Source: Opitutia bacterium (lineage in GTDB: Bacteria > Verrucomicrobiota > Verrucomicrobiia > Opitutales > UBA953). From it: a DNA stretch of 64,000 nt. The notes beneath the pieces were generated by a model. It ran no database searches. It had not been told where the DNA came from and saw nothing but the letters and a program-made list of their open reading frames with translations. Position 1 is the first letter of the stretch; each line of letters starts with the position of its first letter. Shown here in pieces: positions 47,600 to 57,757 of the stretch. Made by a program: the position numbers and the translations under genes. The stretch spans positions 4,388 through 68,387 of the forward strand of contig JBKDBK010000002.1 of NCBI GenBank assembly GCA_046315175.1. The letters run 5' to 3'.

Positions 47600-48028
47600 A
47601 TGGCCAATCTCCAACCCTCCCGCACCGCCTGGCGCAAAGCCAAGAAGGGCCGCATCCGCGGCAACGCCACCGCGTGCAACACCCTCGCCTTCGGCGACTT
47701 CGGCATCCAGTCCCTTGACCGGGCCCGCATCCGCGCCAACCAGATCGAGGCCGCCCGCATCGCCATCTCCCGCGCCCTCAAGCGCAAGGGCAAGATGTGG
47801 ATGCGCATCTTCCCCCACACCCCCGTCACCCGCAAGCCCGCCGAGGTTCGCATGGGTTCCGGCAAGGGCGGGGTGGAGTACTACGTCGCCGTCGTCAAGC
47901 CCGGCACCATGCTCTTCGAGGTCGGCGGCGTCCCCGTCGCCGCGGCCCGCGAGGCCATGCGCCTGGCCGACACCAAGCTCCAGGTCCGCTGCCGCTTCGT
48001 GGCCCGCGAGGAGCTCGAAAAGTATTGA
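47600..48028 (+). CDS. rplP: 50S ribosomal protein L16
   Basis: ...RIFPHTPVTRKPAEVRMGSGKGGVEYYVAVVKPG. Confidence 0.97.
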   Translation: MANLQPSRTAWRKAKKGRIRGNATACNTLAFGDFGIQSLDRARIRANQIEAARIAISRALKRKGKMWMRIFPHTPVTRKPAEVRMGSGKGGVEYYVAVVKPGTMLFEVGGVPVAAAREAMRLADTKLQVRCRFVAREELEKY

Positions 48029-48066
48029 TAACGACCCCCTTCGAGACCCTTATCCAACCCTTTTCC

Positions 48067-48282
48067 ATGCCGAAGTTCACCCCTGGCAAGACCTCCCCCG
48101 CGGCCGCCCTGCGCCCGCTCGCCCCGGCCGAGCTCGAGAAGCGCGTCCGCGAGGCCGGCGACGAGCTGCTCCAGCTCCGCCTGCGCAAGGCCACCGGCGG
48201 GATCGAGAACCCGGCCCGCCTCCGCGCCCTCCGCCGCGAGGTCGCCCGCTGCCGCACCCTCCTCCGCCAGAGGCAGGCCTGA
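48067..48282 (+). CDS. rpmC: 50S ribosomal protein L29
   Basis: 71 aa. ...ELEKRVREAGDELLQLRLRKATGGIENPARLRALRREVAR. Position between rplP and rpsQ. Confidence 0.9.
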   Translation: MPKFTPGKTSPAAALRPLAPAELEKRVREAGDELLQLRLRKATGGIENPARLRALRREVARCRTLLRQRQA

Positions 48283-48293
48283 GAACCCTTCCG

Positions 48294-48578
48294 ATGTCCG
48301 AAGCCAACCGCACCCACCGCAAGACGCTCACCGGCGTCGTCGTCTCCCGCTCGGGCGACAAGACCATCAAGGTCGCGTACCTCTACAAGACCCCCCACCC
48401 GCTCTACGGCAAGGAGGTCAAGCGCCGCACCATGCTGCACGCCCACGACGAGGCCAACGCCTGCAAGCCCGGCGACTCCGTGGAGATCACCCAGACCCGC
48501 CCCCTCTCCAAGCTGAAGCGCTGGCGCGTCATCCGCGTCGTCGAGTCCGCCAAGGTCGCCCTCGGCCAGGCCGAGTGA
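48294..48578 (+). CDS. rpsQ: 30S ribosomal protein S17
   Basis: RKTLTGVVVSRSGDKTIKV...YGKEVKRRTMLHAHDE...GDSVEITQTRPLSKLKRW. Confidence 0.96.
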   Translation: MSEANRTHRKTLTGVVVSRSGDKTIKVAYLYKTPHPLYGKEVKRRTMLHAHDEANACKPGDSVEITQTRPLSKLKRWRVIRVVESAKVALGQAE

Positions 48579-48610
48579 CCCCCGCCACCCCCTGACCGGC
48601 ACCCACCGCC

Positions 48611-48976
48611 ATGATCCAGCTCCTCACCCGCCTCGACGTCGCCGACAACACCGGCGCCAAGACCGTGGCCATGATCCGCCGCATCGGCCAGCTGACCGAC
48701 ACCGCCGGCATCGGCGACGTCATCGTCTGCTCCATCAAGGACTCGACTCCCGACGCCACCGCCAAGAAGGGCACCGTCTCCCGCGCCGTCATCGTCCGGA
48801 CCAAGGCCCCCATCCGCCGCGCGGACGGGAGCTACCTCCGCTTCGACAGCAACGCGGTCGTCCTCCTCGACGCCAACGGCAATCCCCGCGGCACCCGCAT
48901 CTTCGGGCCCGTCGCCCGCGAGCTCCGCGGCAAGAACTTCATGAAGATCATCTCCCTCGCCCCCGAGGTTCTCTGA
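48611..48976 (+). CDS. rplN: 50S ribosomal protein L14
   Basis: [17 protein letters not shown]...[10 protein letters not shown]. Confidence 0.98.
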   Translation: MIQLLTRLDVADNTGAKTVAMIRRIGQLTDTAGIGDVIVCSIKDSTPDATAKKGTVSRAVIVRTKAPIRRADGSYLRFDSNAVVLLDANGNPRGTRIFGPVARELRGKNFMKIISLAPEVL

Positions 48977-48981
48977 ACGCC

Positions 48982-49251
48982 ATGCCCAAGACCGACATCA
49001 AGATCAGCGACGACGTCGTCGTCATCTCCGGCGCCCACAAGGGCAAGCGCGCCAAGGTCGTCGCCTACGACCGCGGCGCCGAGCGCGTCACGCTCGAGGG
49101 CGTCAACCTCGTCAAGCGCCACCTCAAGCGCGCCGAGGACGGCTCCGGCGGCATCACCGAGAAGGCCGCCCCCCTGGCCCGCTCCAACGTCATGCTCGCC
49201 TCCCTCTGGGACGCCCGCCGCGCCAAGCGCCCGGCCGCCAAGACCCGCTGA
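48982..49251 (+). CDS. rplX: 50S ribosomal protein L24
   Basis: KOW motif [19 protein letters not shown]. Position after rplN. Confidence 0.93.
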   Translation: MPKTDIKISDDVVVISGAHKGKRAKVVAYDRGAERVTLEGVNLVKRHLKRAEDGSGGITEKAAPLARSNVMLASLWDARRAKRPAAKTR

Positions 49252-49268
49252 CCCCCACCCTCACCCCC

Positions 49269-49859
49269 ATGGCCAAGGCCCAAGCCCCCTACCTCAAGCA
49301 GCGCTACCTCGAGAAGGTCGTGCCCGAGCTGCGCAAGTCGCGCGGCTACGCCAATCCCCACCAGGTCCCCACCCTGGTCAAGATTGTCCTCAACTCCGCC
49401 TTCGACGCCGAGGCCGACAAGTCCCAGACCGCCGAGGTGGTCAAGGAGATCACCAAGCTCGCCGGCCAGAAGCCCGTCGTGACCAAGGCCCGCAAGAGCG
49501 TGTCCAACTTCAAGGTCCGCGAGGGCATGCCCCTCGGCTGCACCGTCACCCTGCGCGGCGCCCGCATGTGGGACTTCCTCGCCCGCCTCACCCTCATCGC
49601 CCTCCCGATGATCCGCGACTTCCGCGGCGTCTCCAACCGCCTCGACGGCCAGGGCAACTACTCGCTCGGCATCACCGACCACACCATCTTCCCCGAGACC
49701 CAGGCCGACGGCTCCCAGCGCGCCAACATCGGCCTCGACATCTCCATCGTCACCACCGCCTCGTCCGACGACGAGGCCCGCGAGCTCCTGCGCCTCCTCG
49801 GCATGCCCTTCCGCGCCGTCGCGGCCAAGGCCGCCGAGTCCGCCCCCGCCCAAGCCTGA
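49269..49859 (+). CDS. rplE: 50S ribosomal protein L5
   Basis: ...[29 protein letters not shown]...RDFRG. Confidence 0.97.
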   Translation: MAKAQAPYLKQRYLEKVVPELRKSRGYANPHQVPTLVKIVLNSAFDAEADKSQTAEVVKEITKLAGQKPVVTKARKSVSNFKVREGMPLGCTVTLRGARMWDFLARLTLIALPMIRDFRGVSNRLDGQGNYSLGITDHTIFPETQADGSQRANIGLDISIVTTASSDDEARELLRLLGMPFRAVAAKAAESAPAQA

Positions 49860-49867
49860 CCTTACCC

Positions 49868-50173
49868 ATGGCCAAGCAGTCCGTCATCCAACGCCAGCTC
49901 AAGCGCGAGCGCCTCGTCGCCAAGCACGCCGCCAAGCGCGCCGAGCTCAAGAAGGTCCTCGCCGACCCCAAGGTCACCGAGGAGGCCTTCTACGCCGCCC
50001 AGAGCAAGCTCACCAAGCTCCCCCGCAACGGCTCCAAGGTCCGCCTCAAGAACCGCTGCGGCATCTCCGGCCGCCCCCGCGCCTACCTGCGCAAGTTCGG
50101 CCTCTCCCGCCTCACCTTCCGCGAGCTCGCGCTCGCCGGCCAGATCCCCGGCGTGACCAAGGCCTCCTGGTAA
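49868..50173 (+). CDS. rpsN: 30S ribosomal protein S14 (long, non-zinc form)
   Basis: [19 protein letters not shown]...[43 protein letters not shown]. Confidence 0.96.
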   Translation: MAKQSVIQRQLKRERLVAKHAAKRAELKKVLADPKVTEEAFYAAQSKLTKLPRNGSKVRLKNRCGISGRPRAYLRKFGLSRLTFRELALAGQIPGVTKASW

Positions 50174-50181
50174 CCCTCCCC

Positions 50182-50580
50182 ATGTCCGCATCCTCCGACA
50201 CCCTCGGCGACTTCCTGACCGCCATCCGCAACGGCTCCAAGGCCCAGCGCGCCGCCGTCACCGTCCAGTGGTCCCGCCTCCGCGAGGAGGTCGCCCGCAC
50301 CCTCGCCCAGTCCGGCTACATCGCCGGCTACCGCAAGGCCGAGCGCGACAAGCTCCCCGTCCTCGAGGTCAGCCTCAAGTACGTCTCCGGCGCCCCCGCC
50401 ATCACCGGCATCGAGCGCCTCTCCTCCCCCGGCCGCCGCCGCTACGCCGGCGTGGCCGACGTCCCCAAGGTCATCGGGGGCATGGGCGTCACCATCGTCA
50501 CCACCTCCCGCGGCATCCTGACCGACGCCGAGTGCCGCCGCCAGAAGGTCTCCGGCGAGCTCCTCGCCAAGGTCTGGTAA
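50182..50580 (+). CDS. rpsH: 30S ribosomal protein S8
   Basis: DTLGDFLTAIRNGSKA...GMGVTIVTTSRGILTD...GGELLAKVW. Confidence 0.97.
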   Translation: MSASSDTLGDFLTAIRNGSKAQRAAVTVQWSRLREEVARTLAQSGYIAGYRKAERDKLPVLEVSLKYVSGAPAITGIERLSSPGRRRYAGVADVPKVIGGMGVTIVTTSRGILTDAECRRQKVSGELLAKVW

Positions 50581-50605
50581 CCGCCCCCAAACGCCCACCC
50601 ACGCC

Positions 50606-51139
50606 ATGAGCCGAATCGGCAAACAACCCATCACCGTCCCCGCCGGGGTCAAGGTCGCCATCAACGGCGACCACGTCAGCGTCGAGGGCCCCAAGGGCAA
50701 GCTCGCCCGCTCCTTCCGCGGCGTCGGGTTCGCCCTCGAGGGCAACCAGGTCCGCGTCGTCCGCCAGGGCGAAGACCGGCTCTCCGGCGCCCTCCACGGC
50801 ACCGCCCGCGCCATCGTCCGCAACATGGTCGAAGGCTGCGCCACCGGGTACAAGAAGAACCTCGAGATCGAGGGCGTCGGCTTCAAGGCCCTCCTCAAGG
50901 GAGACACCCTCGACCTCGTCCTCGGTTACTCCCACCCCATCCTCTACAAGCTGCCCGCCGGCGTGAAGGTCACCGTCACCGAGAACGTGAAGATCGAGGT
51001 CACCGGCCCCGACCGCCACCTCGTCGGCCAGGTCGCCGCCGACATCTACAGCTACTACCCTGTCGAGCCCTACAAGGGCAAGGGCGTCCGCATCGTTGGC
51101 CAGTTCATCCGCCGCAAGGAAGGCAAGAAGACGGCCTAA
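50606..51139 (+). CDS. rplF: 50S ribosomal protein L6
   Basis: [17 protein letters not shown]...[19 protein letters not shown]. Confidence 0.97.
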   Translation: MSRIGKQPITVPAGVKVAINGDHVSVEGPKGKLARSFRGVGFALEGNQVRVVRQGEDRLSGALHGTARAIVRNMVEGCATGYKKNLEIEGVGFKALLKGDTLDLVLGYSHPILYKLPAGVKVTVTENVKIEVTGPDRHLVGQVAADIYSYYPVEPYKGKGVRIVGQFIRRKEGKKTA

Positions 51140-51150
51140 GCCACGTTCCC

Positions 51151-51528
51151 ATGAGCAAGCCCGCCACCAAGGTTTCCCGCAAGCACGCCCTCGCCGCCAA
51201 GCGCCGGCTGCGCCTTCGCAAGCGCATCCGCGGCACCGCCGAGCGCCCCCGCCTCGCGATCAAGTTCACCCACCTGCACATCCACGCCCAGGCCGTGGAC
51301 GACGACAAGGGCGCCACCCTCGCCGCCGCCAGCACCACCGAGAAGGAGTTCCGCGCCGCCAAGCTCCGGCCCAACGCCGCCGGCGCCACCGCCTTCGGCA
51401 AGGCCTTCGGCGAGCGCGCCCGCAAGAAGGGCATCACCGCCGTCGTCCTCGACCGCGGCTCCCGCGCCTACCACGGCACCGTCAAGGCGTTCTCCGACGC
51501 CGCCCGCCAGGCCGGCCTCGCCTTCTGA
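51151..51528 (+). CDS. rplR: 50S ribosomal protein L18
   Basis: ...[20 protein letters not shown]...[28 protein letters not shown]. Confidence 0.96.
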   Translation: MSKPATKVSRKHALAAKRRLRLRKRIRGTAERPRLAIKFTHLHIHAQAVDDDKGATLAAASTTEKEFRAAKLRPNAAGATAFGKAFGERARKKGITAVVLDRGSRAYHGTVKAFSDAARQAGLAF

Positions 51529-51545
51529 AGCCCTCCGCACCTCTC

Positions 51546-52157
51546 ATGAGCGAAAACCCTCCCGAAGCCGCCCCCGCCGCCGCCCCCGCCGCGGGTGCTG
51601 ACGCCGCCCGCGGTCCCCGCGGCGACGGCCGCGGCCGTCCCGGTCCCGGCGGCCAGCGCCGCGGTCCCCGCCCCCCCCGCCGCGACGACCGCCCCGCCTC
51701 CCCCTACAACGAGAAGGTTGTCCACATCAACCGCTGCAGCAAGGCCACCAAGGGCGGACGCCGCTTCAACTTCGCGGCGCTCGTCGTCGCCGGCGACGGC
51801 AAGGGCCGCGTCGGCGTCGGCTACGGCAAGGCCAAGGAGGTCCCCGACGCCATCCGCAAGGGCACCGACCGCGCCCACCGCGCGCTCAAGCCCGTCAACA
51901 CCCGCGGAAACACCATTCCCCATGAGGTCATCGGCCGCTGCGACGGCGGCGTCGTCCTCCTCCGCCCGGCCGCGCCCGGCACCGGGCTGATCGCCGGCGG
52001 CGGCGTCCGCGCCGTCCTCGAGGTCGTCGGCCTCCGCGACGTCCTCTCCAAGTCCCTCGGCTCCCAGAATCCCGCCGCGGTCGTCAAGGCGACCCTCGAC
52101 GGCCTGGCCAAGCTCCGCACCCTTGAGAACATCCGCGCCATCCGCGCGGTCCAATGA
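51546..52157 (+). CDS. rpsE: 30S ribosomal protein S5 (with Arg/Gly/Pro-rich N-terminal extension)
   Basis: Core [44 protein letters not shown]..., preceded by about 50 low-complexity residues. Confidence 0.95.
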   Translation: MSENPPEAAPAAAPAAGADAARGPRGDGRGRPGPGGQRRGPRPPRRDDRPASPYNEKVVHINRCSKATKGGRRFNFAALVVAGDGKGRVGVGYGKAKEVPDAIRKGTDRAHRALKPVNTRGNTIPHEVIGRCDGGVVLLRPAAPGTGLIAGGGVRAVLEVVGLRDVLSKSLGSQNPAAVVKATLDGLAKLRTLENIRAIRAVQ

Positions 52158-52161
52158 CACC

Positions 52162-52620
52162 ATGAAGCTCCACGCTCTCCCCCACATCAAGGGCGCCACC
52201 CACCGCCACAAGCGCCTCGGCTGCGGCCGCGGATCCGGCCACGGCAAGACCAGCGGACGCGGCCACAAGGGCATGAAGGCCCGCTCCGGCGGCGGCCACC
52301 GCCCCGGCTTCGAGGGCGGCCAGATGCCCCTCTACCGTCGCCTGCCTCACCGCGGCTTCCGCAACATCAACCGCGTCGACTATGCCGTGGTCAACGTCGC
52401 CGACCTCGAGGCCGCCGAAGGCGCCAAGCTCGGTCCCGCCGAGCTCGCCGCCCAGTCCCTTGTGCGCTCCGCCGACGGCCTGCTCAAGGTCCTCGGCAAC
52501 GGCGAGATCACCCGCGCCGTCACCGTGACCGCCCACGCGGTCTCGGCCTCGGCCAAGGCCAAGATCGAGAAGGCCGGCGGCAAGGTCGTCCTCCTCGGCG
52601 GCGAGGCCAAGCCGGAGTGA
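52162..52620 (+). CDS. rplO: 50S ribosomal protein L15
   Basis: MKLHALPH...GRGSGHGKTSGRGHKG...GFEGGQMPLYRRLP.RGF. It follows rpsE directly, with no rpmD. Confidence 0.96.
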   Translation: MKLHALPHIKGATHRHKRLGCGRGSGHGKTSGRGHKGMKARSGGGHRPGFEGGQMPLYRRLPHRGFRNINRVDYAVVNVADLEAAEGAKLGPAELAAQSLVRSADGLLKVLGNGEITRAVTVTAHAVSASAKAKIEKAGGKVVLLGGEAKPE

Positions 52621-52636
52621 ACCCGACCGGGCCCTG

Positions 52637-54166
52637 ATGCTCGCGACGCTCGCCAACTGCTGGCGCATCCCGGAACTCCGGGCCCGCATCCTCGCGACCG
52701 TCACCCTCGTCTTCGTCGCCCGCATCGGCGCGAACATCCCCCTGCCGGGCGTCGACCCGCGCGACATCCTGCAGTACTACCAGCAGATGGCGGACAACAC
52801 CGCCGGCGGGGTCGTCGCGATGTACAACATGTTCACCGGCGGGGCGCTCCTCAAGGGCGCCATCTTCTCGCTGGGGATCATGCCCTACATCAGCGCCTCG
52901 ATCATCCTCCAGCTGATGACCGCCGTGGTGCCCTCGCTCGCCCGCCTCCAGCAGGAGGGTGAGCTGGGTCGCCAGAAGATCGCCCAGTACACGCGCTACC
53001 TCACCATCCTCATCGCGCTCGTCCAGTCGGCGCTGCTCCTCGGCGCCTTCTGCAACCCCCAGTCGGTCGGCTCCGCGCTCGGGCTCGGCTCCGATTTCCG
53101 CGGCATCATCGTCGTGATGGAGAACCAGACGCTCTTCGTCGCCCTCGGCATCGCCCTGCTCACCTCCGGCTCCGTCATCATGCTCTGGCTGGGCGAGCAG
53201 ATCACCCAGCGCGGCATCGGCAACGGCACCTCCATCCTCATCACCATCGGCATCCTCGCCGACCTGCCCGGCGCCTTCCGCTCCTTCTCGGCCATCGCCT
53301 TCGGCGGCGCGGTCGGCAGCGGCGCGACCCAGCACGGCCCCGAGAAGGCCGTCGGCATGGCCATCCTCTTCCTCCTCGTCACCGCGGCGATGGTCGCCCT
53401 CAACCAGGCCGTCCGGAAGATTCCCGTCCAGTACGCCCAGCGCATGGTCGGTCGCAAGGTCTACGGCGGGCAGAGCACCTACCTCCCGCTCAAGGTCAAC
53501 TACGCCGGGGTCATGCCCGTCATCTTCGCCGGCGCCATCATCGCCTTCCCGCCGATGATGCTCCGCCCCCTGGCGAGCAACTTCCCGACGGTCGGCTTCC
53601 TCGCCGAGTGGGCCGACGTGATCCAGTACCCGACCGTCCTGCATTACGCGCTGCTCTCCGCCCTCATCTTCGGCTTCAGCTACTTCTGGATCTCCATCAT
53701 GTTCCGGCCGGTCCAGATCGCCGACGACCTCAAGAAGAACAACGGCTACGTGGTCGGCGTCCGCCCGGGCGAGCCCACCGCCATGTTCCTCGACTTCGTC
53801 ATGACCCGGCTGACCGTCGCCGGCTCCCTCTTCCTCCTCATCATCGCGCTGCTGCCTGACCTGTTCATGTACAAGCTCGATTTCCCCGCCCGCCTCGCGA
53901 GCTTCCTCGGCGGCACCGGCGGCCTCATCACCGTCGGCGTCATGCTCGACACCATGCGCCAGGTCGAGACCTTCCTCCTTCAGAGCCATTACGACGGCTT
54001 CCTGAAGAAGGGCAGGGTGGGGGGCGTCGCCACGCCGCCGCCGCCCCGCCGCCCCGCGTCCCCCGACGCGTCCGGCCCCGGCTCCCTCGGCACCGCCTGC
54101 CTCGCGCTCTTCCTCCTCGGCCTCGTCGCCTGGGCCGCCGGTCACTGGGGCCAGCTCTTCGGCTAA
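52637..54166 (+). CDS. secY: preprotein translocase subunit SecY (with about 55-aa C-terminal extension)
   Basis: 10-TM SecY core (GIMPYISASIILQL..., LPLKVNYAGVMPVIFA...). Extra tail ends in the hydrophobic segment ACLALFLLGLVAWAAGHW. Confidence 0.96.
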   Translation: MLATLANCWRIPELRARILATVTLVFVARIGANIPLPGVDPRDILQYYQQMADNTAGGVVAMYNMFTGGALLKGAIFSLGIMPYISASIILQLMTAVVPSLARLQQEGELGRQKIAQYTRYLTILIALVQSALLLGAFCNPQSVGSALGLGSDFRGIIVVMENQTLFVALGIALLTSGSVIMLWLGEQITQRGIGNGTSILITIGILADLPGAFRSFSAIAFGGAVGSGATQHGPEKAVGMAILFLLVTAAMVALNQAVRKIPVQYAQRMVGRKVYGGQSTYLPLKVNYAGVMPVIFAGAIIAFPPMMLRPLASNFPTVGFLAEWADVIQYPTVLHYALLSALIFGFSYFWISIMFRPVQIADDLKKNNGYVVGVRPGEPTAMFLDFVMTRLTVAGSLFLLIIALLPDLFMYKLDFPARLASFLGGTGGLITVGVMLDTMRQVETFLLQSHYDGFLKKGRVGGVATPPPPRRPASPDASGPGSLGTACLALFLLGLVAWAAGHWGQLFG

Positions 54167-54182
54167 GCCGCTTCCGCGGCCG

Positions 54183-54944
54183 ATGATCGACCTCCGGAGC
54201 CAGGGCGACGTCGACGGCATGCGCGCCGCCGGACGCGCCGCGGCCCGCGTCCTCGCCGACCTTCGCCGCCGCGTCGCCCCGGGCGTCACCACCGGCCAGC
54301 TCGACGCCGCCGCGGGCGACCTCATGTCCCTCCACGGCTGCGAGAGCGCCTGCCTCGGCTACGTCGTCGGCCGCCTCACCTACCCCGGCCGCGTCTGCAT
54401 CTCCGTCAACGACGAGGTTGTCCACGGCATCGGGCACCCCGGGCGCGTCCTCCAGGAGGGCGACCTCGTCTCGCTCGACGTCGTCGTCCGCAAGGGAGGC
54501 TTCATCGGCGACAACGCCGCCACCGTCCCCGTCGGCGCCGTCCCCGAGCCCCTCCGTCGCCTCTGCGCCGCCACCGAGTCCGCCCTCGCCGCCGGCATCG
54601 AGGCCGCCCGCCCCGGCGGCAACGTCGGCGACATCTCCGCCGCCATCCAAGGCACCGTCCAACCCCTCGGCCTCGGCATCGTCCGCGAATTCGTCGGCCA
54701 CGGGGTCGGCCGGCGCATGCACGAGGAGCCCCAGGTGCCCAATTGGGGCAAAAAGGGCGTCGGACCCCGCCTCCTGCCCGGCATGGCCCTCGCCATCGAG
54801 CCCATGATCACCCTCGGCTCCCCCAAGATCGCCATGGACCCCGACGGCTGGACCGCCCGGACCCGCGACGGCTCCCCCGCAGCCCATTTCGAGCACACCA
54901 TCCTCATCACCGAGGGGGGGGTCGAAATCCTCACCCTCCCCTAG
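54183..54944 (+). CDS. map: type I methionine aminopeptidase
   Basis: ...[14 protein letters not shown]...DVV..KGGFIGD...[16 protein letters not shown]...[10 protein letters not shown]. Confidence 0.96.
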   Translation: MIDLRSQGDVDGMRAAGRAAARVLADLRRRVAPGVTTGQLDAAAGDLMSLHGCESACLGYVVGRLTYPGRVCISVNDEVVHGIGHPGRVLQEGDLVSLDVVVRKGGFIGDNAATVPVGAVPEPLRRLCAATESALAAGIEAARPGGNVGDISAAIQGTVQPLGLGIVREFVGHGVGRRMHEEPQVPNWGKKGVGPRLLPGMALAIEPMITLGSPKIAMDPDGWTARTRDGSPAAHFEHTILITEGGVEILTLP

Positions 54945-55030
54945 GTATTTTAGGCTTCCCTTGGCCCCCCAAAGTTAGCAACTTTCGACCCTTTTCCTCC
55001 ACCTCCCACCCGCACCTCCGGAAGACCCTC

Positions 55031-55423
55031 ATGCCCCGCATCCTCGGCGTCGACATCCCCAACAACAAGAAGGTCGAGTACTCGCTCCGCTACATCTACG
55101 GCGTGGGTCCCCAGCGCGCCACGCTCATCTGCCAGACCCTCGGCTTCCGCCCTGAGATGCGCGCCAGCGAGCTCACCGAGGAGCAGCTCAACAAGATCGT
55201 CGACATGATTGTCCGCGAGGGCTGGCGCTGCGAGGGCGACCTCCGCCGCGAGATCGCCCAGGACCTCAAGCGCCTCCAGGCCATCAAGTCCTACCGCGGC
55301 CTCCGCCACTTCCGCGGCCTGCCCGTCCGCGGCCAGCGCACCCGCACCAACGCCCGCACCCGCAAGGGCAAGCGCAAGACCGTCGGCGTGGCCACCGCCG
55401 CCGCCCCCGCCGCGGCCAAGTAA
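55031..55423 (+). CDS. rpsM: 30S ribosomal protein S13
   Basis: [26 protein letters not shown]...[24 protein letters not shown]. Confidence 0.98.
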   Translation: MPRILGVDIPNNKKVEYSLRYIYGVGPQRATLICQTLGFRPEMRASELTEEQLNKIVDMIVREGWRCEGDLRREIAQDLKRLQAIKSYRGLRHFRGLPVRGQRTRTNARTRKGKRKTVGVATAAAPAAAK

Positions 55424-55444
55424 TTTCCGACCGAACCCTTCCCG

Positions 55445-56002
55445 ATGAGCGACGAGACCCCCAAGACCGACAAGCCCGCCCGCAAGGCCAAGCCCGCCGC
55501 GGCCCCCGCCGCCGAGGCCGCCCCCGCCCCCGCGGCCCCCGCCGCCGACGCCTCGGCCCCCGCCGCCCCCGGCGAGAAGCAGGAGGTCACCGCCGCCTCC
55601 CTCCTCGGCGACGAGATCGGCGAGATCAAGGTCCGCCGCGCCAAGGGCTCGAAGAACATCGTCTCCGGCGTCTGCCACATCCTCGCCACCTTCAACAACA
55701 CCAAGGTCACCTTCACCGACCCCAACGGCAACGTCGTCTCCTGGGGCAGCGCCGGCCGCCACGCCTTCCGCGGCTCCCGCAAGTCCACCGCCTACGCCGC
55801 CCAGGTCGTCTGCCAGGAGGCCGCCAAGGCCGCCATGGCCCACGGCCTGAAGGACGTCGCCGTCCGCGTCCGCGGTCCCGGCATGGGTCGCGACAGCGCC
55901 ATCCGCGCCCTCTCCCTCCTCGGCCTCAACATCCTTTCCATCGTCGACACGACCCCGATCCCCCACAACGGGTGCCGTCCGCCGAAGCGCCGCCGCGTCT
56001 GA
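55445..56002 (+). CDS. rpsK: 30S ribosomal protein S11 (with Ala/Pro/Lys-rich N-terminal extension)
   Basis: Core [30 protein letters not shown]...[13 protein letters not shown], preceded by about 55 low-complexity residues. Confidence 0.95.
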   Translation: MSDETPKTDKPARKAKPAAAPAAEAAPAPAAPAADASAPAAPGEKQEVTAASLLGDEIGEIKVRRAKGSKNIVSGVCHILATFNNTKVTFTDPNGNVVSWGSAGRHAFRGSRKSTAYAAQVVCQEAAKAAMAHGLKDVAVRVRGPGMGRDSAIRALSLLGLNILSIVDTTPIPHNGCRPPKRRRV

Positions 56003-56094
56003 CCGCGGGCCGCGCCGCCAACTGACCGTCCGGGGATGGCAAGCCGGACGGGAACATCCAACGCCACCCCCAACAACCCAAAGCACCCACCGCG

Positions 56095-56703
56095 ATGTCC
56101 CGCTACACCGGACCCACCACCAAGATCAACCGCCGGTTCAACAAGGCCCTCCTGCCCACCTCCAAGGGCGAGGAGCGCAAGCCCTATCCCCCCGGCGTCC
56201 ACGGCCAGACCCGCGGCCGCAAGGTCTCCGAGTACGGCCAGGGCCTCGCTGAGAAGCAGCAGCTGCGCTTCATGTACGGCCTGAACGAGCGCCAGTTCCG
56301 CCTCGCCTTCGCCCGCGCCAAGCGCCTCGGCGGGGTGGCCGGAGAGAACTTCCTCCGCATCCTCGAGACCCGCCTCGACAACGTCATCTACCGCCTCGGC
56401 TTCGCCTCCAGCCGCGCCGCCGCCCGTCAGTTCGTCGGCCACGGCCACGTCCGCGTCAACGGCCACAAGGTCGACATCTCCAGCTACGCCGTCCAGACCG
56501 GCGACGAGGTCGCCGTCCGCGACCGCGCCTCCTCCAAGCAGCTCGCCACCCGCGCCGCCGAGGAGAACCAGTCGCGCGCCGTCCCCGGCTGGCTCGCCGC
56601 CTCCCCCGACCAGCTTCGCGGCACCGTCGTCCGCGAGCCCGCCAAGGAGGAGCTCCCCACCGAGATCAACGTCCAGGTCATCGTCGAGTTCTACAGCCGC
56701 TGA
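56095..56703 (+). CDS. rpsD: 30S ribosomal protein S4
   Basis: MSRYTGPTTKINRRF...S4 domain RLDNVIYRLGFASSRAAARQFVGHGHVRVNG. Confidence 0.97.
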   Translation: MSRYTGPTTKINRRFNKALLPTSKGEERKPYPPGVHGQTRGRKVSEYGQGLAEKQQLRFMYGLNERQFRLAFARAKRLGGVAGENFLRILETRLDNVIYRLGFASSRAAARQFVGHGHVRVNGHKVDISSYAVQTGDEVAVRDRASSKQLATRAAEENQSRAVPGWLAASPDQLRGTVVREPAKEELPTEINVQVIVEFYSR

Positions 56704-56734
56704 CCCGAAACCAACCCCAAACCCACCCAACGCC

Positions 56735-57736
56735 ATGCCCAAGCGCCTCGGAAAATTCCAGCTTCCCAACAAGCTTCGCAAGGACGAGTCCGGCTCGTCC
56801 GCCCACCACGCCCGCTACACCGCCGAGCCCTTCGAGACGGGCTTCGGTCACACCATCGGCAACTCCCTCCGCCGCGTGCTCCTCGGCTCCGTCGAGGGCG
56901 CAGCCATCGCCTCGGTCAAGATCGAGGGCGTCTCCCATGAGTTCCAGCCCCTCGAGGGCGTGGTCGAGGACGTGACCGAGATCGTCCTCAACCTCAAGAA
57001 GGTCCTCATCCGCCATGACCGCCGCGAGGACTTCAAGGCCTCGATCGACGTCAACAAGGCCGGCGCCATCAAGGCGTCCGACATCCAGCTCCCCGCCGGG
57101 CTCACCCTGGTCAACCCCGACCTCGTCCTCTGCACCCTCGACCGCAAGCGCCGCTTCACCGCGGAGCTCGAGATCAAGGTCGGCCGCAGCTGGTCCTCCG
57201 CCGAGGAGAACAAGTCGGCCGAGCAGACCATCGGCGTCATCCCCATCGACGCCCTGTTCTCCCCCGTCACCTCCGTCCGCTACGCGGTCGAGAACTCCCG
57301 CGAGGGCCAGAAGACCGACTACGACCGCCTCGTCCTCGAGGTGACCACCGACGGCCGCATCTCCCCCGACGAGGCGCTCAAGGAGGCCTCCGCCATCCTG
57401 AGCAAGCACCTCGAGGTGTTCAACGGCGTCGCCGGCACCGAGATCGAGTTCGAGTCCAAGGCCCGCGAGGAGGCCGACGACCAGAACCGCCTCCGCAACC
57501 TGCTCAACATGTCGGTCAACGAGATCGAGCTCTCGGTCCGCGCCGCCAACTGCCTCAACAACGCCAACATCACCACCGTCGGCTCCCTGGCGATGAAGAC
57601 CGAGCAGGAGATGCTCAAGTACCGCAACTTCGGCAAGAAGTCCCTCAACGAGATCAAGCAGAAGCTCGAGCAGCTCGGCCTCTCCCTCGGCATGACCGGC
57701 CTCGAGCGCCTCATGGACAAGGGCGCCGCCAACTGA
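56735..57736 (+). CDS. rpoA: DNA-directed RNA polymerase subunit alpha
   Basis: GFGHTIGNSLRRVLL N-terminal domain plus C-terminal domain ELSVRAANCLNNANITTVGSL. Confidence 0.97.
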   Translation: MPKRLGKFQLPNKLRKDESGSSAHHARYTAEPFETGFGHTIGNSLRRVLLGSVEGAAIASVKIEGVSHEFQPLEGVVEDVTEIVLNLKKVLIRHDRREDFKASIDVNKAGAIKASDIQLPAGLTLVNPDLVLCTLDRKRRFTAELEIKVGRSWSSAEENKSAEQTIGVIPIDALFSPVTSVRYAVENSREGQKTDYDRLVLEVTTDGRISPDEALKEASAILSKHLEVFNGVAGTEIEFESKAREEADDQNRLRNLLNMSVNEIELSVRAANCLNNANITTVGSLAMKTEQEMLKYRNFGKKSLNEIKQKLEQLGLSLGMTGLERLMDKGAAN

Positions 57737-57757
57737 TTCCCCCGAACCCGCCAAGCC

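Noticed and set aside
54945-55030. Possible hidden infA or rpmJ micro-ORFs, or an S4-binding leader, in the map-rpsM spacer.
   Set aside because: No ORF in any frame resembles L36 (Cys/Lys/Arg-rich, about 38 aa) or IF1. I recognised no pseudoknot-like structure by eye.
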